From an uncultured Verrucomicrobiae bacterium (GTDB lineage: Bacteria > Verrucomicrobiota > Verrucomicrobiia > Chthoniobacterales > UBA10450), in assembly GCA_963749935.1 (NCBI GenBank), contig CAVVOH010000003.1, positions 492,153 through 556,152 of the forward strand: a stretch of DNA of 64,000 nt. Reading direction: 5' to 3'. This document shows positions 28,037-38,534 of the stretch, in pieces. The stretch's first letter is position 1. Each line of letters opens with the position of its first letter. A program made the position numbers and the translations under genes. The notes beneath the pieces are model-generated. The model did not search any database, had not been told where the DNA came from, and saw only the letters and a program-made list of their open reading frames with translations.

Positions 28037-28591
28037 ATGAATTCCACCGCGACGATCGATCCGAGCATCACGATGCGAGAGCTCCTGGAGCAATTTCCCG
28101 GTGCTCAGCGCGCGCTTTTTCGCCGCTACCATATCGGCGGCTGCGCGAGTTGCGGGTTCAGTCCGGACGAGACGCTCGCCGGTGTTTGCGAGCGGAACGA
28201 AAACCTCGACGTCGACGAAGTGGTCGAGCATATCTTCACGAGTGACGCAGCCGATCGCGCGCTGCAGATTGAGCCCCGCCAACTGGCCGATCGCCTTGCC
28301 GCCGGCGAAAGGATTCACCTCCTCGACATTCGAACGCGCGAAGAATTCGATGCCGTGAAACTTCCGGGTGCGCAATTGTTCACGCAGGAATTCATGCAGG
28401 AGATTTTAACGAAGTGGTCGCGCACCGATCTCGTTGTCATTTACGATCATCAGGGCGCGCGGAGCATGGACGCATCGGCTTATTTTCAAGGACACGGCTT
28501 CGAGAGAATCAAAAGCCTGCGCGGCGGGATCGATGCCTGGAGCGCTGAGGTCGATCCGAAATTGCCCCGTTATCATCTGGAGAACGCCTAA
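28037..28591 (+). CDS. DUF1858-like redox-disulfide domain fused to a rhodanese domain
   Basis: N-terminus ITMRELLEQFPGAQRALFRRYHIGGCASCGFSPDETL. C-terminus LLDIRTREEFDAVKLPGA...VVIYDHQGARSMDASAYFQGHGFERIKSLRGGIDAWS. Confidence 0.7.
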   Translation: MNSTATIDPSITMRELLEQFPGAQRALFRRYHIGGCASCGFSPDETLAGVCERNENLDVDEVVEHIFTSDAADRALQIEPRQLADRLAAGERIHLLDIRTREEFDAVKLPGAQLFTQEFMQEILTKWSRTDLVVIYDHQGARSMDASAYFQGHGFERIKSLRGGIDAWSAEVDPKLPRYHLENA

Positions 28592-28593
28592 CG

Positions 28594-29067
28594 ATGAGCG
28601 ACGAACTCGAGAGACGCATCGAAGCCGCGGTCAAAAATCCTCAGAACCTGGGCGAGATGGAAAACGCCGACGCCATCGGGACAGTGGGCAGCGCTGATTG
28701 CGGCGACATGCTGCGGATGTGGGTCAAGTTCAAGGAAGAAGGCGGCCGCAAAGTGATCGACCGCGCCACCTTCCAGACCTTCGGCTGCCAGACGGCCATC
28801 GCCGTCGCCAGCGTCGCGACCGAAATGCTCGCCGGAAAGACGGTCGACGAGGCGATGTCGATGTCGGGCGAAGATTTGGCGGCGCCATTGGGCGCGCTCC
28901 CGCCGGTTAAAATTCATTGTGCGCAACTGGTCGAGGGTGCCCTTCGATCGGCGCTCGGCGGCAACTCAGCGCCGGAGACGAAAGTCTCCCCGCTCGCCAG
29001 CAACGCCCCCACCTTGGTGGACTCCTTCGCGCCGCCGAAGAAGATTAAAATCGTCCTTGATTCCTAA
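28594..29067 (+). CDS. IscU/NifU-N-type iron-sulfur cluster scaffold protein
   Basis: GSADCGDMLRMWV, FQTFGCQTAIAVAS and PPVKIHCAQLVEGAL supply the three conserved Cys positions. ATG lies 2 nt after the upstream stop. Confidence 0.85.
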   Translation: MSDELERRIEAAVKNPQNLGEMENADAIGTVGSADCGDMLRMWVKFKEEGGRKVIDRATFQTFGCQTAIAVASVATEMLAGKTVDEAMSMSGEDLAAPLGALPPVKIHCAQLVEGALRSALGGNSAPETKVSPLASNAPTLVDSFAPPKKIKIVLDS

Positions 29068-29084
29068 CTAACGAGCTTACCCGC

Positions 29085-29642
29085 ATGCACGAAAACACCG
29101 AATTTACCACCACTCGCGAACTCGAAGCGATCCAGATCCCGAGCGGGACCAAGACGATGCTCCCGGTTGGAACGCCCGGCGTCGTAACGCAGACCCTCGG
29201 CGGCAGTTACACGATCGCCACTTATCAAGGGCTTGCCCGCATGGCTGAGAAAGACTTGGACGCGCTCGGCCTCGAAAAGCCGGCCTCACCTGATGGCGAA
29301 GCCGGCCAGCGGAGAGACAGCGGGTCCGGTCGATGAAAAGGCCGTCTGGGATCAATTACGCCAATGCTACGATCCGGAAATCCCGGTCAACATTGTCGAT
29401 CTCGGGCCTTGTTTACGATTGCCAGGTAATCCAGAAACCGGAAGGCGGCTCCAAAGTGGAGGTGAAAATGACGCTAACCGCGCCCGGCTGTGGGATGGGG
29501 CCAGCGATTGCGCAGCGACGCCCAGAGCAAGATCCTGAGCATCGAAGGGGTCGACGAAGCAGATGTGCAGCTCGTCTGGGATCCGCCCTGGAACCAGAAC
29601 ATGATCAGCGAAGCCGGGCGGATGAAATTGGGGATGATCTAA
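29085..29642 (+). pseudogene. sufT: SufT-like Fe-S assembly protein (N-terminal SufT domain plus DUF59/MIP18 domain); about 3 frame breaks (~29290, ~29405, ~29515)
   Basis: ELEAIQIPSGTKTMLPVGTPGVVTQTLGGSYTIATYQGLARMAEKDLDALG; [22 protein letters not shown]; [36 protein letters not shown]; [38 protein letters not shown] (last piece from my own translation). Confidence 0.75.
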
Positions 29643-29812
29643 ACCGGCAACTGGCCTTCTCCGCTTGCCCCTACGACGCGGCGACCGACGCGACGACGCC
29701 GAGTGGCCCTTGCCTCCCAAGAAAAACACCCAGACCATTCATTTTTTTCTGGCATTGACCTGCATCTCTGGCACGGTCCCCTGCAACAGCAAAGACCCAT
29801 CGCAAAATCACT

Positions 29813-32087
29813 ATGAAAAAATGCTCACTCCTTGCCGCCGCCCTTCTCCTGCTTCTATCGCCACTTGGCCTCGCCACTCAGGCCGATGACACTACGATCA
29901 CGATTGACAGCCAGACGCCCGGGGTAACTCCTTTCATCAACCAACTGTCCCTGACGGCCAGCGACACGAGCGTGATCAAAAGTATTCAATTTACGATCGC
30001 TCCCAAGCCGGGCTCAGTTACGCGTCCGCTCTCGGGAACCTACTCCAACAGCTACCTCGCTGAGCGCGGGTATCTTCTCCCTGGGACTGGGGAAATTTTT
30101 GTTCCGGTCTACGGACTCTACGCAAACTTCAGCAACTCCGTCACATTGACCTATTTCTTCAATGACGGCTCTTCCAAGCAAGACGACGCCACGGTGACAA
30201 CTTCGACCTTCGACGACCCGTGCGGATACGAGAATCCCACCGTCCTACAGGAGCGAACGGACAGCACAGAGCTCAGTTATGATTTTATCATGGTCAAGGG
30301 ACGCTGCAGCACCTTTTCGCCTGCCATCATCGACACGGACGCCGCGCTGCGCTGGGTTGGCACAGCCGGTTTCGGAAGCTTTACTTCCGCATTTAAGGAC
30401 AACGCGGTTTACCTGAGCCAGCTGACAAGCCTATATCGCATCGAACTCGACGGAACCGTGACACTGTTGCATGACTATAGCGGCGACGGTGTCACCAGCA
30501 TTCATCACAATATCGACCCGGGCAAGACGGGCTTGTTCCTGGAGGTAGATACCCCGGACTATTTTGAGACAGAGGTCATGGAAGTTGACCTTGCCGGTAA
30601 TATCATCAAAACTTGGAATCCCGCCGCCATTCTTAGCGCGGCCATGATCGCGGGCGGAGATGATCCCTCCGAATTCATTTTCCCAAGTCCCGACGACTGG
30701 TTTCACCAGAATGCGACCACCTATAACCGAGCTGATGACACAGTCATCATTTCGAGTCGGGAAGATTTTGTTCTCGGGCTCGATTACGAAACGGGCGCAA
30801 TCAAGTGGATTCTTGGCGATCCAACCAAGAAGTGGCACGAGTTCCCTTCGCTCGCCCAATATGCTTTGGAGGTGGCTCCCGGTAGCCTTCCGCCCATCGG
30901 GCAACACGCCACGTCGATCACCCACGATCAGGATCTGCTCCTCTTTGACAACGGGCGTAACAGCACCTTTTTCACCGATGTGCCGGGCGACAACCGCCTT
31001 TACGCCGCATTGCGGAAATATCGCCTCGACTTCACGACTAACCTCGCGACCGAAGTCTTTAGTTACACGATGGAGGAGAGTGTCTACAGTCCGTTTTGTG
31101 GTAGCGTTTATGAAGACGCCCCCTTTAACTATGTCGCTGCATACGCTTTCGTCGGCGGCCCCTTGGCAGACAACCCGCTCGCCCAGCTTCTGGGCTTGGA
31201 CGCATCCGGCGACAAGATTTTTTACTACGAATACCCGACGACGGGCTGTGACACGGCTTTCAACGCCTTTCCGCTTCATCTGGAGAACACCAAGTTCCCC
31301 ACTGTTTCTCCCCGTGCCCTGAATATCTCGACTAGAGGACTTGTTGGCAGCGACCAAGATTCGCTCATTGGCGGGTTTATTGTCCAAGGCACCGAGTCAC
31401 AGACGGTCGTGCTTCGCGCCCTGGGCCCAACACTGGCTGATTCCGGCGTGGACGGTACAGTGGCCGATCCGCTCCTGGCTCTTATTGACTCGAACGGTGT
31501 CGTTATTGGGAGCAATGATGACTGGGAATCCGACCCCGGTGCGGCCCAGATCGCTGCCGAAGGTCTCGCTCCGGAAAATTCGACCGAAGCCGCCACCATC
31601 CAGACCTTGGCTCCTGGAACTTACACCTTTGTCGTGACGGGTAAAGACGCCACGCCAAGCATTGGTCTGGTCGAGGCCTATGATCTCTCGACCGGTGCCG
31701 ACTCGAAGCTCGCCAACATCAGCACTCGGGGCTCCGTCGGGACGGGCGACGGCGTTCTCATTAGCGGATTTATCGTCGGCGAAGTGGATAGCGCGACGGT
31801 TATACTGCGGGCGATCGGCCCCTCTCTTGGCTCGGTTGGGATCGACAACCCGCTCGCCGATCCCACCCTCACCGTCTACGACAGCAATGGTGCTGCCATC
31901 GCCGCGCAACGATAACTGGCAGGACGACCCAGCCGCCAACGCGGTCGAGCAGAATGGACTCGCCCCCACCGACGACGCGGAATCCGCCACCGTGCTCCAT
32001 CTCACGGCCGGCTCCTATACCACGATCGTTAGCGGCGTTGATGGCGGCACTGGAACAGGCTTGGTCGAAGCCTACACTCTGCCATAG
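29813..32087 (+). pseudogene. Secreted arylsulfotransferase (ASST)-like beta-propeller protein with two C-terminal ~120-aa tandem domains; frame break near 31905
   Basis: Signal peptide MKKCSLLAAALLLLLSPLGLATQA. ASST-like DDWFHQNATTYNRADDTVIISSREDFVLGLDYETGAIKWILGDP. Tandem domains NISTRGLVGSDQDSLIGGFIVQG...LVEAYDLS and NISTRGSVGTGDGVLISGFIVGE...; the second continues as NDNWQDDPAANAVEQNGLAPTDDAESATVLHLTAGSYTTIVSGVDGGTGTGLVEAYTLP* in ORF 31662-32087. Confidence 0.7.
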
Positions 32088-32227
32088 TCGCTTGGAAATC
32101 AACCTTCCCAAGAAAACGGCGGCACGCTAGAGCCCCGCGTTGACACGCGTGCCTCGTGCCCTATAATCACGTCCCCCGCGCCTTTCGCGATTCCGGGCGC
32201 GGGTCGAGATTAAGACGCCCTTATTTC

Positions 32228-32768
32228 ATGCCTTCCACTCAAATCATTCTGACTGAAAACGTGCCCGGCCTCGGTGCCGAGGCCGATGTCGTCAAAGTCC
32301 GCCGCGGTTACGCGCGCAATTTTCTTCTGCCGACCGGCAAAGCCTATGAAGTGACGCCCCGCGCCATGCGCCAGCTCGATACGCTCAAGGCAAAACGCGC
32401 CGAACGCGAAGCCCGCGAACTGAACGAGGCCGAGGATTTGGCGCGCCGCATCGGCAAGCTCAAGGTCACCTTCATGCTCGCCACCGGTGAGACGGGCAAG
32501 GCCTTCGGTTCCATCACCGCGAACGACCTGGCCGAGCGTCTGAAACAGGAGATCGGCCGCGAGATCGACCGTCACCTGCTTCGTGCTCGAGCACCCGATC
32601 AAGACCACCGGCGAGCACGAGGTGCCGATCAAGTTGCATCCCGATGTCATGGCCAAGTTCAAATTTAACGTCAAATCCACCGAGGAACCAAAACCGGAAG
32701 CCACGCCGCCGAAGAATCAGCTGAAAAGTCTCGCGGTCCTCGCAAACGAACAAAATAAATGCCGCTAA
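32228..32768 (+). pseudogene. rplI: 50S ribosomal protein L9; frame break near 32575, C-terminal end uncertain
   Basis: MPSTQIILTENVPGLGAEADVVKVRRGYARNFLLPTGKAYEVT...AFGSITANDLAERLKQEIGREIDRH, then LEHPIKTTGEHEVPIKLHPDVMAKFKFNV in ORF 32583-32768. Confidence 0.85.
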
Positions 32769-32780
32769 GTCCCCAAGGGA

Positions 32781-34259
32781 ATGATCCTGGGGGGCCTCGT
32801 AAGACAGCGACCAATGGCGCTGGCCGAGGCTCGGCGGAGCGGAACGGCGGAAAAGTTATTGGTCAGTCGTCCCCAGGTTCTCCCGTAGGATATTCACCGC
32901 GCTCTCCCCCACAGCGTCGAGGCCGAGCAGGGCGTGCTCGGCTCCATGCTCATCTCGCCGCGCGACGTCGATCGCGGAAGCGGTCGAGAAGATTAACGAG
33001 AACTATTTCTACATCCCTGCCCACCAGACGATCTACACCGTCCTGGTCGATCTCTGGAATGCGGGCCAGGGCATCGACCTGATCACCTTCACCCAGATCC
33101 TGCGCGACCGGAACCTGCTCGAGACCGTCGGCGGCGCTTCGTTCGTCACCAGCCTTTTCACTTTCGTCCCGACCGCGGCCAACGTCGGCTACTACCTCGA
33201 GATCGTTCGGGATAAATACATCCTGCGCGAGATCATCAGCGCCTGCACCGAAGGGGCCGGCGTTCCTACGAGGAACAGGACGAGGTCGACAACCTGCTCG
33301 ACGAAGTGGAGCAGAAAATTTATGCAGTCGGCGAAGACCGCTTCAAGGACAAGGCGCTCTCCATGAAGGACCAGGTCATGGACGCGATCGAGGCGATCGA
33401 AAAACTCTACCAGCAGCATGGCGGCATCACCGGGCTCTCGACCGGCTTCAAGGACCTCGACCGCCTCACGAGCGGACTGCACCCGGCCGAGATGATCGTC
33501 ATCGCGGCCCGTCCCGAGCATGGGTAAAACCGCCCTGGCCATGAACATCGCCGAGCACGTGGCGGTCAACGAAAACCGCCCGGTCGCCGTCTTCAGCCTG
33601 GAAATGAGCGCGCAGCAGCTCGTCCAGCGCCTCCTCTGCTCCCGCGCCGGAGTGAACTCGCAAAAGGTGCGCGACGGCACTTTCCTGGCCGAGCGCGATT
33701 TCCCGAGACTAACCGCCGCCGCCTCCAAGCTGGCCGAAGCGAAGATCTTCATCGACGACAGCCCGGGCCTGAACATCCTCGAGCTCCGGGCCAAGGCCCG
33801 CCGGCTCAAGGCGCAGCACGACGATCGAGCTGATCGTGATCGATTACCTCCAGCTCCTCCGCTCCACCTCGCGTCGCGGACAGGAAAACCGCCAGATCGA
33901 AATCTCGGAAATCTCCTCCGGCATCAAGGGCCTGGCCAAGGAGCTCAATATCCCGATCATCGTCGCCGCCCAGCTCAATCGAAATCCAGAAAACCGCACC
34001 GGCGACAGCAAAGGCCGCCCGCGCCTGAGCGATCTGCGCGAATCGGGCAGCATCGAGCAGGACGCCGATGTCGTTGGCCTTGCTCGTCCGGCAGGAATAC
34101 TACGCCGACACCGAGGAAGAAAAAGACGAGACCGAAGGCAAAGCCGACCTCATCATCGCCAAGCAGCGCAACGGCCCGACCGGCGACGTGCCGCTGACCT
34201 TCCGCAAGGAATTCACCCGCTTCGAAGACCGGGCTCGCGAAGAGCGCGAGCCCCTCTAG
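32781..34259 (+). pseudogene. dnaB: Replicative DNA helicase DnaB; at least 6 frame breaks (~32886, ~32965, ~33260, ~33515, ~33825, ~34075); start approximate
   Basis: Own multi-frame reading: PHSVEAEQGVLGSMLISPRDV | IAEAVEKINENYFYIPAHQTIYTVLVDLW...LEIVRDKYILREII | EVEQKIYAVGEDRF...GLSTGFKDLDRLTSGLHPAEMIVIAARP | MGKTALAMNIAEHVAV...FSLEMSAQQLVQRLL | [12 protein letters not shown]...[12 protein letters not shown]...[16 protein letters not shown] | LVRQEYY...[29 protein letters not shown]. Confidence 0.88.
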
Positions 34260-34314
34260 CGACGAAGCTTGCGAGTTTTTTGCTCACAAGGGCCGCGCGA
34301 GCTGGAAGCTTGCG

Positions 34315-36304
34315 CTACAGCAGCGATTTGGCGGCGGCGATGACGTGCTGGGCGTCGATCCCAAGCTCTTTCATCACGGCGTCACCTGGCGCGCTCATCC
34401 CGAAGCGAGTTATCCCAATGATTTTGCCATCGAGACCGACGTATTGCGACCAAATCTGCGGGACGCCGGCCTCGATTGCCACGCGTTTCCTGCACTCGTT
34501 AGGCAGAACTGCTTCACGATACTTTTCTGTTTGGCGCTCGAATCGTTCGAAGCAGGGCATGGAGACGACGCGGGTCCCCTCGCCCAGTTTCTGCGCGGCG
34601 GCGAGGGCGTGCTGCAATTCACTCCCACAGGAAAGAAGAATGAGCTTAAGCTTCTTCGTCTCCTTCTTTGCGATGTAACCACCGCGGAGGACGCCTTCGC
34701 GACGAAGTTTCACATCGATCTCGCTCAGGAGCGGCACTCCCTGCCGGGTGAGAGAAAGGAGGGTGGGGCCGTCGGTGCGTTGCGCGGCCGCGATAAAGGC
34801 GCCGGCGGTTTCTTCCGGATCGGCCGGGCGGATGACATCGATCTGCGGCATCAGGCGCATGCTGCTGACGGTCTCGACCGGCTCGTGGGTCGGGCCGTCT
34901 TCGCCAACCGCGACGGAGTCGTGCGTGAAAATATATATGTTCGGCAAACGCGAGAGGGCGGCCAGGCGGATGGCGGCCCGGCAGTAATCGGTGAAGACCA
35001 TGAAGGTCGCGCCCGAGGCGCGAAAAATCCCGTGATAGGAGACGCCGTTCATGATCGCGCACATCCCGTGCTCGCGGATGCCGAAATGGATGTTGCGACC
35101 GCCCGGGTTATCCCGGGTGAAATCGCCGCCGTCCTTGATGTAGTTAAGGGTGGAGCCATGCAGATCGGCGCTGCCGCTGATCAGGAAAGGCATGGCCTGG
35201 GCGAGCGGCTGGAGCACTTCGCTGCCGGCTTTGCGTGTGGCAATCTTAGTGTCGGTAGGGAAATTCGGAATTTTCTGGAAGAGGTCATCCGGCACTTTTC
35301 GGTCGATCGCATCGTCGAGCTGCTGCGCTTTGTCCTTGTTGGCTTTGCGCCAGGTGTTATAAGTCGTCTCCCACTTACGGTAGTCGGCAAGAAGGTTCTT
35401 CTTATGCGCGGTGAAGTATTTTCGCACTTCGCCTGAGACATAATAGGGTTTCTTCGGCAGGCCGAGGCCTTTGCGCGCCTCGGCCGCAAACTTGGCGCCG
35501 CCTTCGCCGTGTGCCTTGGAGGTGCCGGCAACTTCCGGGATGCCTTTGCCAATCAAGGTATGGGCGATGATGAGCTTCGGCTTGCCGTTATCACCTTCCC
35601 GGGCGGCCTTGAGCGCGGCGAGGAAGGCGGTCATGTCGTCGCCATGCACTTCCTGCACGTCGAAGCCGTAGGCGCGGTAGCGCATGGCGGTATCTTCGCT
35701 CTGGGTGGCCTTGGCCATGGCGTCGAGGGTGACGGCGTTGGAGTCGTAAATGAGGATAAGGTTATCGAGCCCGAAGTGGGCGGCGAAAGCGCTCGCTTCC
35801 GCGGAAACGCCCTCCTGCATGCAGCCGTCACCGGCCAGGCAAAAGACATGTTGATCGAAGATGCGGTGCTTCTCGGTATTGAAACGCGCCGCCGCCATCT
35901 TCGCTGCCATGGCCATGCCGACGGCGTTGGCGACGCCCTGGCCTAACGGGCCGGTGGTGCATTCAACGCCGGGAGTTTCGAAAAATTCGGGGTGCCCCGG
36001 AGTCTTGCTGTGCAGCTGGCGGAAGCGTTTGATCTCCGACATGGGCAAGTCGTAGCCGCTCAGGTGCAGCCAGGCGTAGAGAAACATGCTGCCATGTCCT
36101 GCGGAGAGAATGAAATAGTCGCGATTGATCCAGCGCGGCTAGATTGGGGTTGTGCTTGAGCGCGTGGCCGTAGAGGACCGCACCCATCTCGGCACAGCCC
36201 AAGGGGAGCCCAAGGTGACCGGATTGCGAGGCGTGGACACCGTCGATGGCAAGGCCGCGCGCCTGATCGGCGGCGCGTGCGAGGACTTCAAGATTGAGAC
36301 TCAT
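34315..36304 (-). pseudogene. tkt: Transketolase; one frame break near 36125
   Basis: N-terminus [54 protein letters not shown] (ORF 35963-36304) joins ...[34 protein letters not shown]...[16 protein letters not shown]... (590-aa ORF 34315-36087). Confidence 0.92.
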
Positions 36305-36412
36305 GCAGCATTCTAACGCGAAATTCGGCGCGTATGGAAACAGTGTTTTTGGGTCAGGTCAGCCGGGGAAGAAGGCTCCTCCAGCGCCTCGAAAATACGC
36401 CTAACGAATCCC

Positions 36413-37669
36413 TTATTTTTTCGGGGTGGCTGAAGTCGGCGCGTCTTTCGCTTTCACGGCCGCTTCATTGAGGGTGAACGCCCAGTGCGCTTCAGCCTTT
36501 CGATCGCCGATTTTTGCCTCGACGATGACGGTGCAGGAATCGCCGTGCAGCGGCTGCGCCACCTGATAGGAAATGATTTTGCTGGCCGGATCGTATTTTG
36601 CCGGAACGAGGCCGAGGCCGCTGACCCGCATTTTGACCGAGCCGGGCTCGATCCCGCCGATCGCGCCGAGGTTGGCTTTGATCAACGGCTTCGAGCTGGC
36701 GATCGAGCCGTCAGCCGGTTGCGGATTGATGCTGCCGAGCGGGAGTTCATCGACCGGAGCGCTGCCGCCACTGGAGGAGCCGCCAAAGCTGATCGCGGTC
36801 TCAAAAACCTTCGGCTTGTTGGCCTCGATCATGTATCTGCCTAACGAAAAATTGTCGGAACCATAGGAGAGTTTCTGGCCGTAAACGGTGAAGACGGTCT
36901 CATAGCGTGCCCGCTTGGCGGCTTCCTTGACGGTGTCGTTGTAATAACCAAAGGGCACCGCAAAGCAGTTCACCCGGATGCCGAGTTTTTGCTCGAGGGT
37001 CGCTCTCGATCCGCCCACTTCGCCATCGAGCCACTCCTTGTATTCCTCCGGACTGAGCTTTTTCTTGGTCACCTTGTCGTAAGGCTTGCGCAAATCCTGG
37101 TGGGTCGCGCTATGCGCCTGGATGTCGACCCCGGCGTCGCGCAGCTCGGCCAACTGGTCCCAGCTCATCGCTTCGCCACCGCCGAACTTTCCGCCTTTGA
37201 TTCCCTCGGTATAGATGAAGAGCGTGAAGGGATAGCCATACTTCTTCAGGATCGGCCAGGCCACTTCGTAGCCCGTCTTGTAGCCGTCATCGATTGTAAT
37301 GATGGCGGCCCGCGCTGGGATCGCTTTTTCGCCCCGCTTCCAGGCCAGAAAGTCCTGCATCCCGATGACCGGGATCTTCTGGTCCTGCAATTCTTTCATC
37401 TGCGCCTCGAAGGCTTCCGGAGTGATCTCGGTGTCGGGGCGACGGACCTTTTTTTCAAAACGGTGGTACCCAAAGACGATGACCTGTGCGTTCTGGTCGA
37501 TAGCGGGTTTGATCGGGGTCGGAACGGGCGTCGGAGCCGTCACCACCGCCACGGTCGGAGCCGGACTTCCGTTCGGAGTTGGCTTGGCCTTGGCTGCCTG
37601 ATTTCCCTTCTTACAGCCGCTGAAAAGCAGCCCGCAAAGCAATAAAATAGTCGTGAAACGGATGCACAT
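36413..37669 (-). CDS. Polysaccharide deacetylase (NodB-homology) lipoprotein with a C-terminal extra domain
   Basis: Start chosen at MCIRFTTILLLCGLLFSGCKKG (lipobox) inside the 569-aa ORF. ITIDDGYKTGYEVAWPILKKYGYPFTLFIY, HSATHQDL. Confidence 0.8.
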   Translation of the reverse strand: MCIRFTTILLLCGLLFSGCKKGNQAAKAKPTPNGSPAPTVAVVTAPTPVPTPIKPAIDQNAQVIVFGYHRFEKKVRRPDTEITPEAFEAQMKELQDQKIPVIGMQDFLAWKRGEKAIPARAAIITIDDGYKTGYEVAWPILKKYGYPFTLFIYTEGIKGGKFGGGEAMSWDQLAELRDAGVDIQAHSATHQDLRKPYDKVTKKKLSPEEYKEWLDGEVGGSRATLEQKLGIRVNCFAVPFGYYNDTVKEAAKRARYETVFTVYGQKLSYGSDNFSLGRYMIEANKPKVFETAISFGGSSSGGSAPVDELPLGSINPQPADGSIASSKPLIKANLGAIGGIEPGSVKMRVSGLGLVPAKYDPASKIISYQVAQPLHGDSCTVIVEAKIGDRKAEAHWAFTLNEAAVKAKDAPTSATPKK

Positions 37670-37796
37670 AAATCGAGGGTAGCCATTAAGTGCGAGCGCC
37701 AAAAACACAAGCGATTTTCGCTCGATAATCGGAACTTCTCGTCCGCGGGGAGCGGCTTTTTCTTGGCCCGGCACGCGATTCGCTCTATTTGTATCT

Positions 37797-38498
37797 ATGA
37801 AGCGTTCGATCAGCTCCATTGCCGCGCTTTCTCTGGCGGCCGCTCTCTTCCTGGGCGGTTGCGCGACCGTCGCCACCAACACCAGCCACACTTTCGAAAC
37901 CGTGGTCGTCGATGCCGGGCACGGCGGCAAGGATAGTGGCGCCTGGCGCCGGCACGGACCGCCCGAGAAAGCGGTCGCGCTCGATGTCGCCTTGCGGGTC
38001 GATCGCAAGCTGCGCGAGTCGCAACTGAGGACCGTGTTGACGCGCGCCAACGACACCTTCATCCCGCTCGATAATCGCGTCGCGCTCGGCAATGCGCAGA
38101 AGAACTCCATCTTCGTCAGCATTCATTTCAATGACTCGCGCCGGCGCGGAACCTCTGGCGTCGAAACCTATTATCATTCGCCTTATGCCTTTGATCTTGC
38201 GTCCAAAATCGAGCGCTCGCTTCTTACCCTTCCCGGCACGGTTAACGGCGGCGTCCGCACCGCGCGCTTCCGCGTCCTGCGCAACGCGAACTATCCTTCG
38301 GTTTTGGTGGAATGCGGTTACCTGAGTAATCGTAGCGAAGCGCGGGGCGCGGCCGACGCCGCCTATCGTGAACAGCTGGCCGACAAGATTGCCGAAGCGA
38401 TTGTCGATTACCGCTACGGTGACGGAGTTTACCGTCGGCAGCCGGCCTTCCTCGCCCGGGCCGGCGGCGGGGCTTCGTTTCTGCCCAGCTATCGTTAG
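37797..38498 (+). CDS. N-acetylmuramoyl-L-alanine amidase (Amidase_3 family) lipoprotein
   Basis: Lipobox AAALFLGGCAT. VVVDAGHGGKDSGA, IFVSIHFNDS, GVETYYH, SVLVECGYLSN. Confidence 0.85.
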   Translation: MKRSISSIAALSLAAALFLGGCATVATNTSHTFETVVVDAGHGGKDSGAWRRHGPPEKAVALDVALRVDRKLRESQLRTVLTRANDTFIPLDNRVALGNAQKNSIFVSIHFNDSRRRGTSGVETYYHSPYAFDLASKIERSLLTLPGTVNGGVRTARFRVLRNANYPSVLVECGYLSNRSEARGAADAAYREQLADKIAEAIVDYRYGDGVYRRQPAFLARAGGGASFLPSYR

Positions 38499-38534
38499 GC
38501 CGGCCGGTCGCGGACTGCCGCGCAAAACTGCCGT

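Noticed and set aside
27627-28040. ORFs 27627-28040 and 27850-28245, with a short DUF4139-like stretch (GEGAVSQFIGWVTIENTTGLPFKDARVQL)
   Set aside because: Only ~30 residues look familiar and the rest is Arg-rich. This is too short and degenerate to call a feature, and is probably a decayed fragment. ORF 27850-28245 also overlaps the rhodanese-fusion gene out of frame.
34345-35436. 363-aa + strand ORF opposite tkt, and 30431-31387 minus (318 aa) opposite the arylsulfotransferase
   Set aside because: Both are antisense shadows of well-supported genes.
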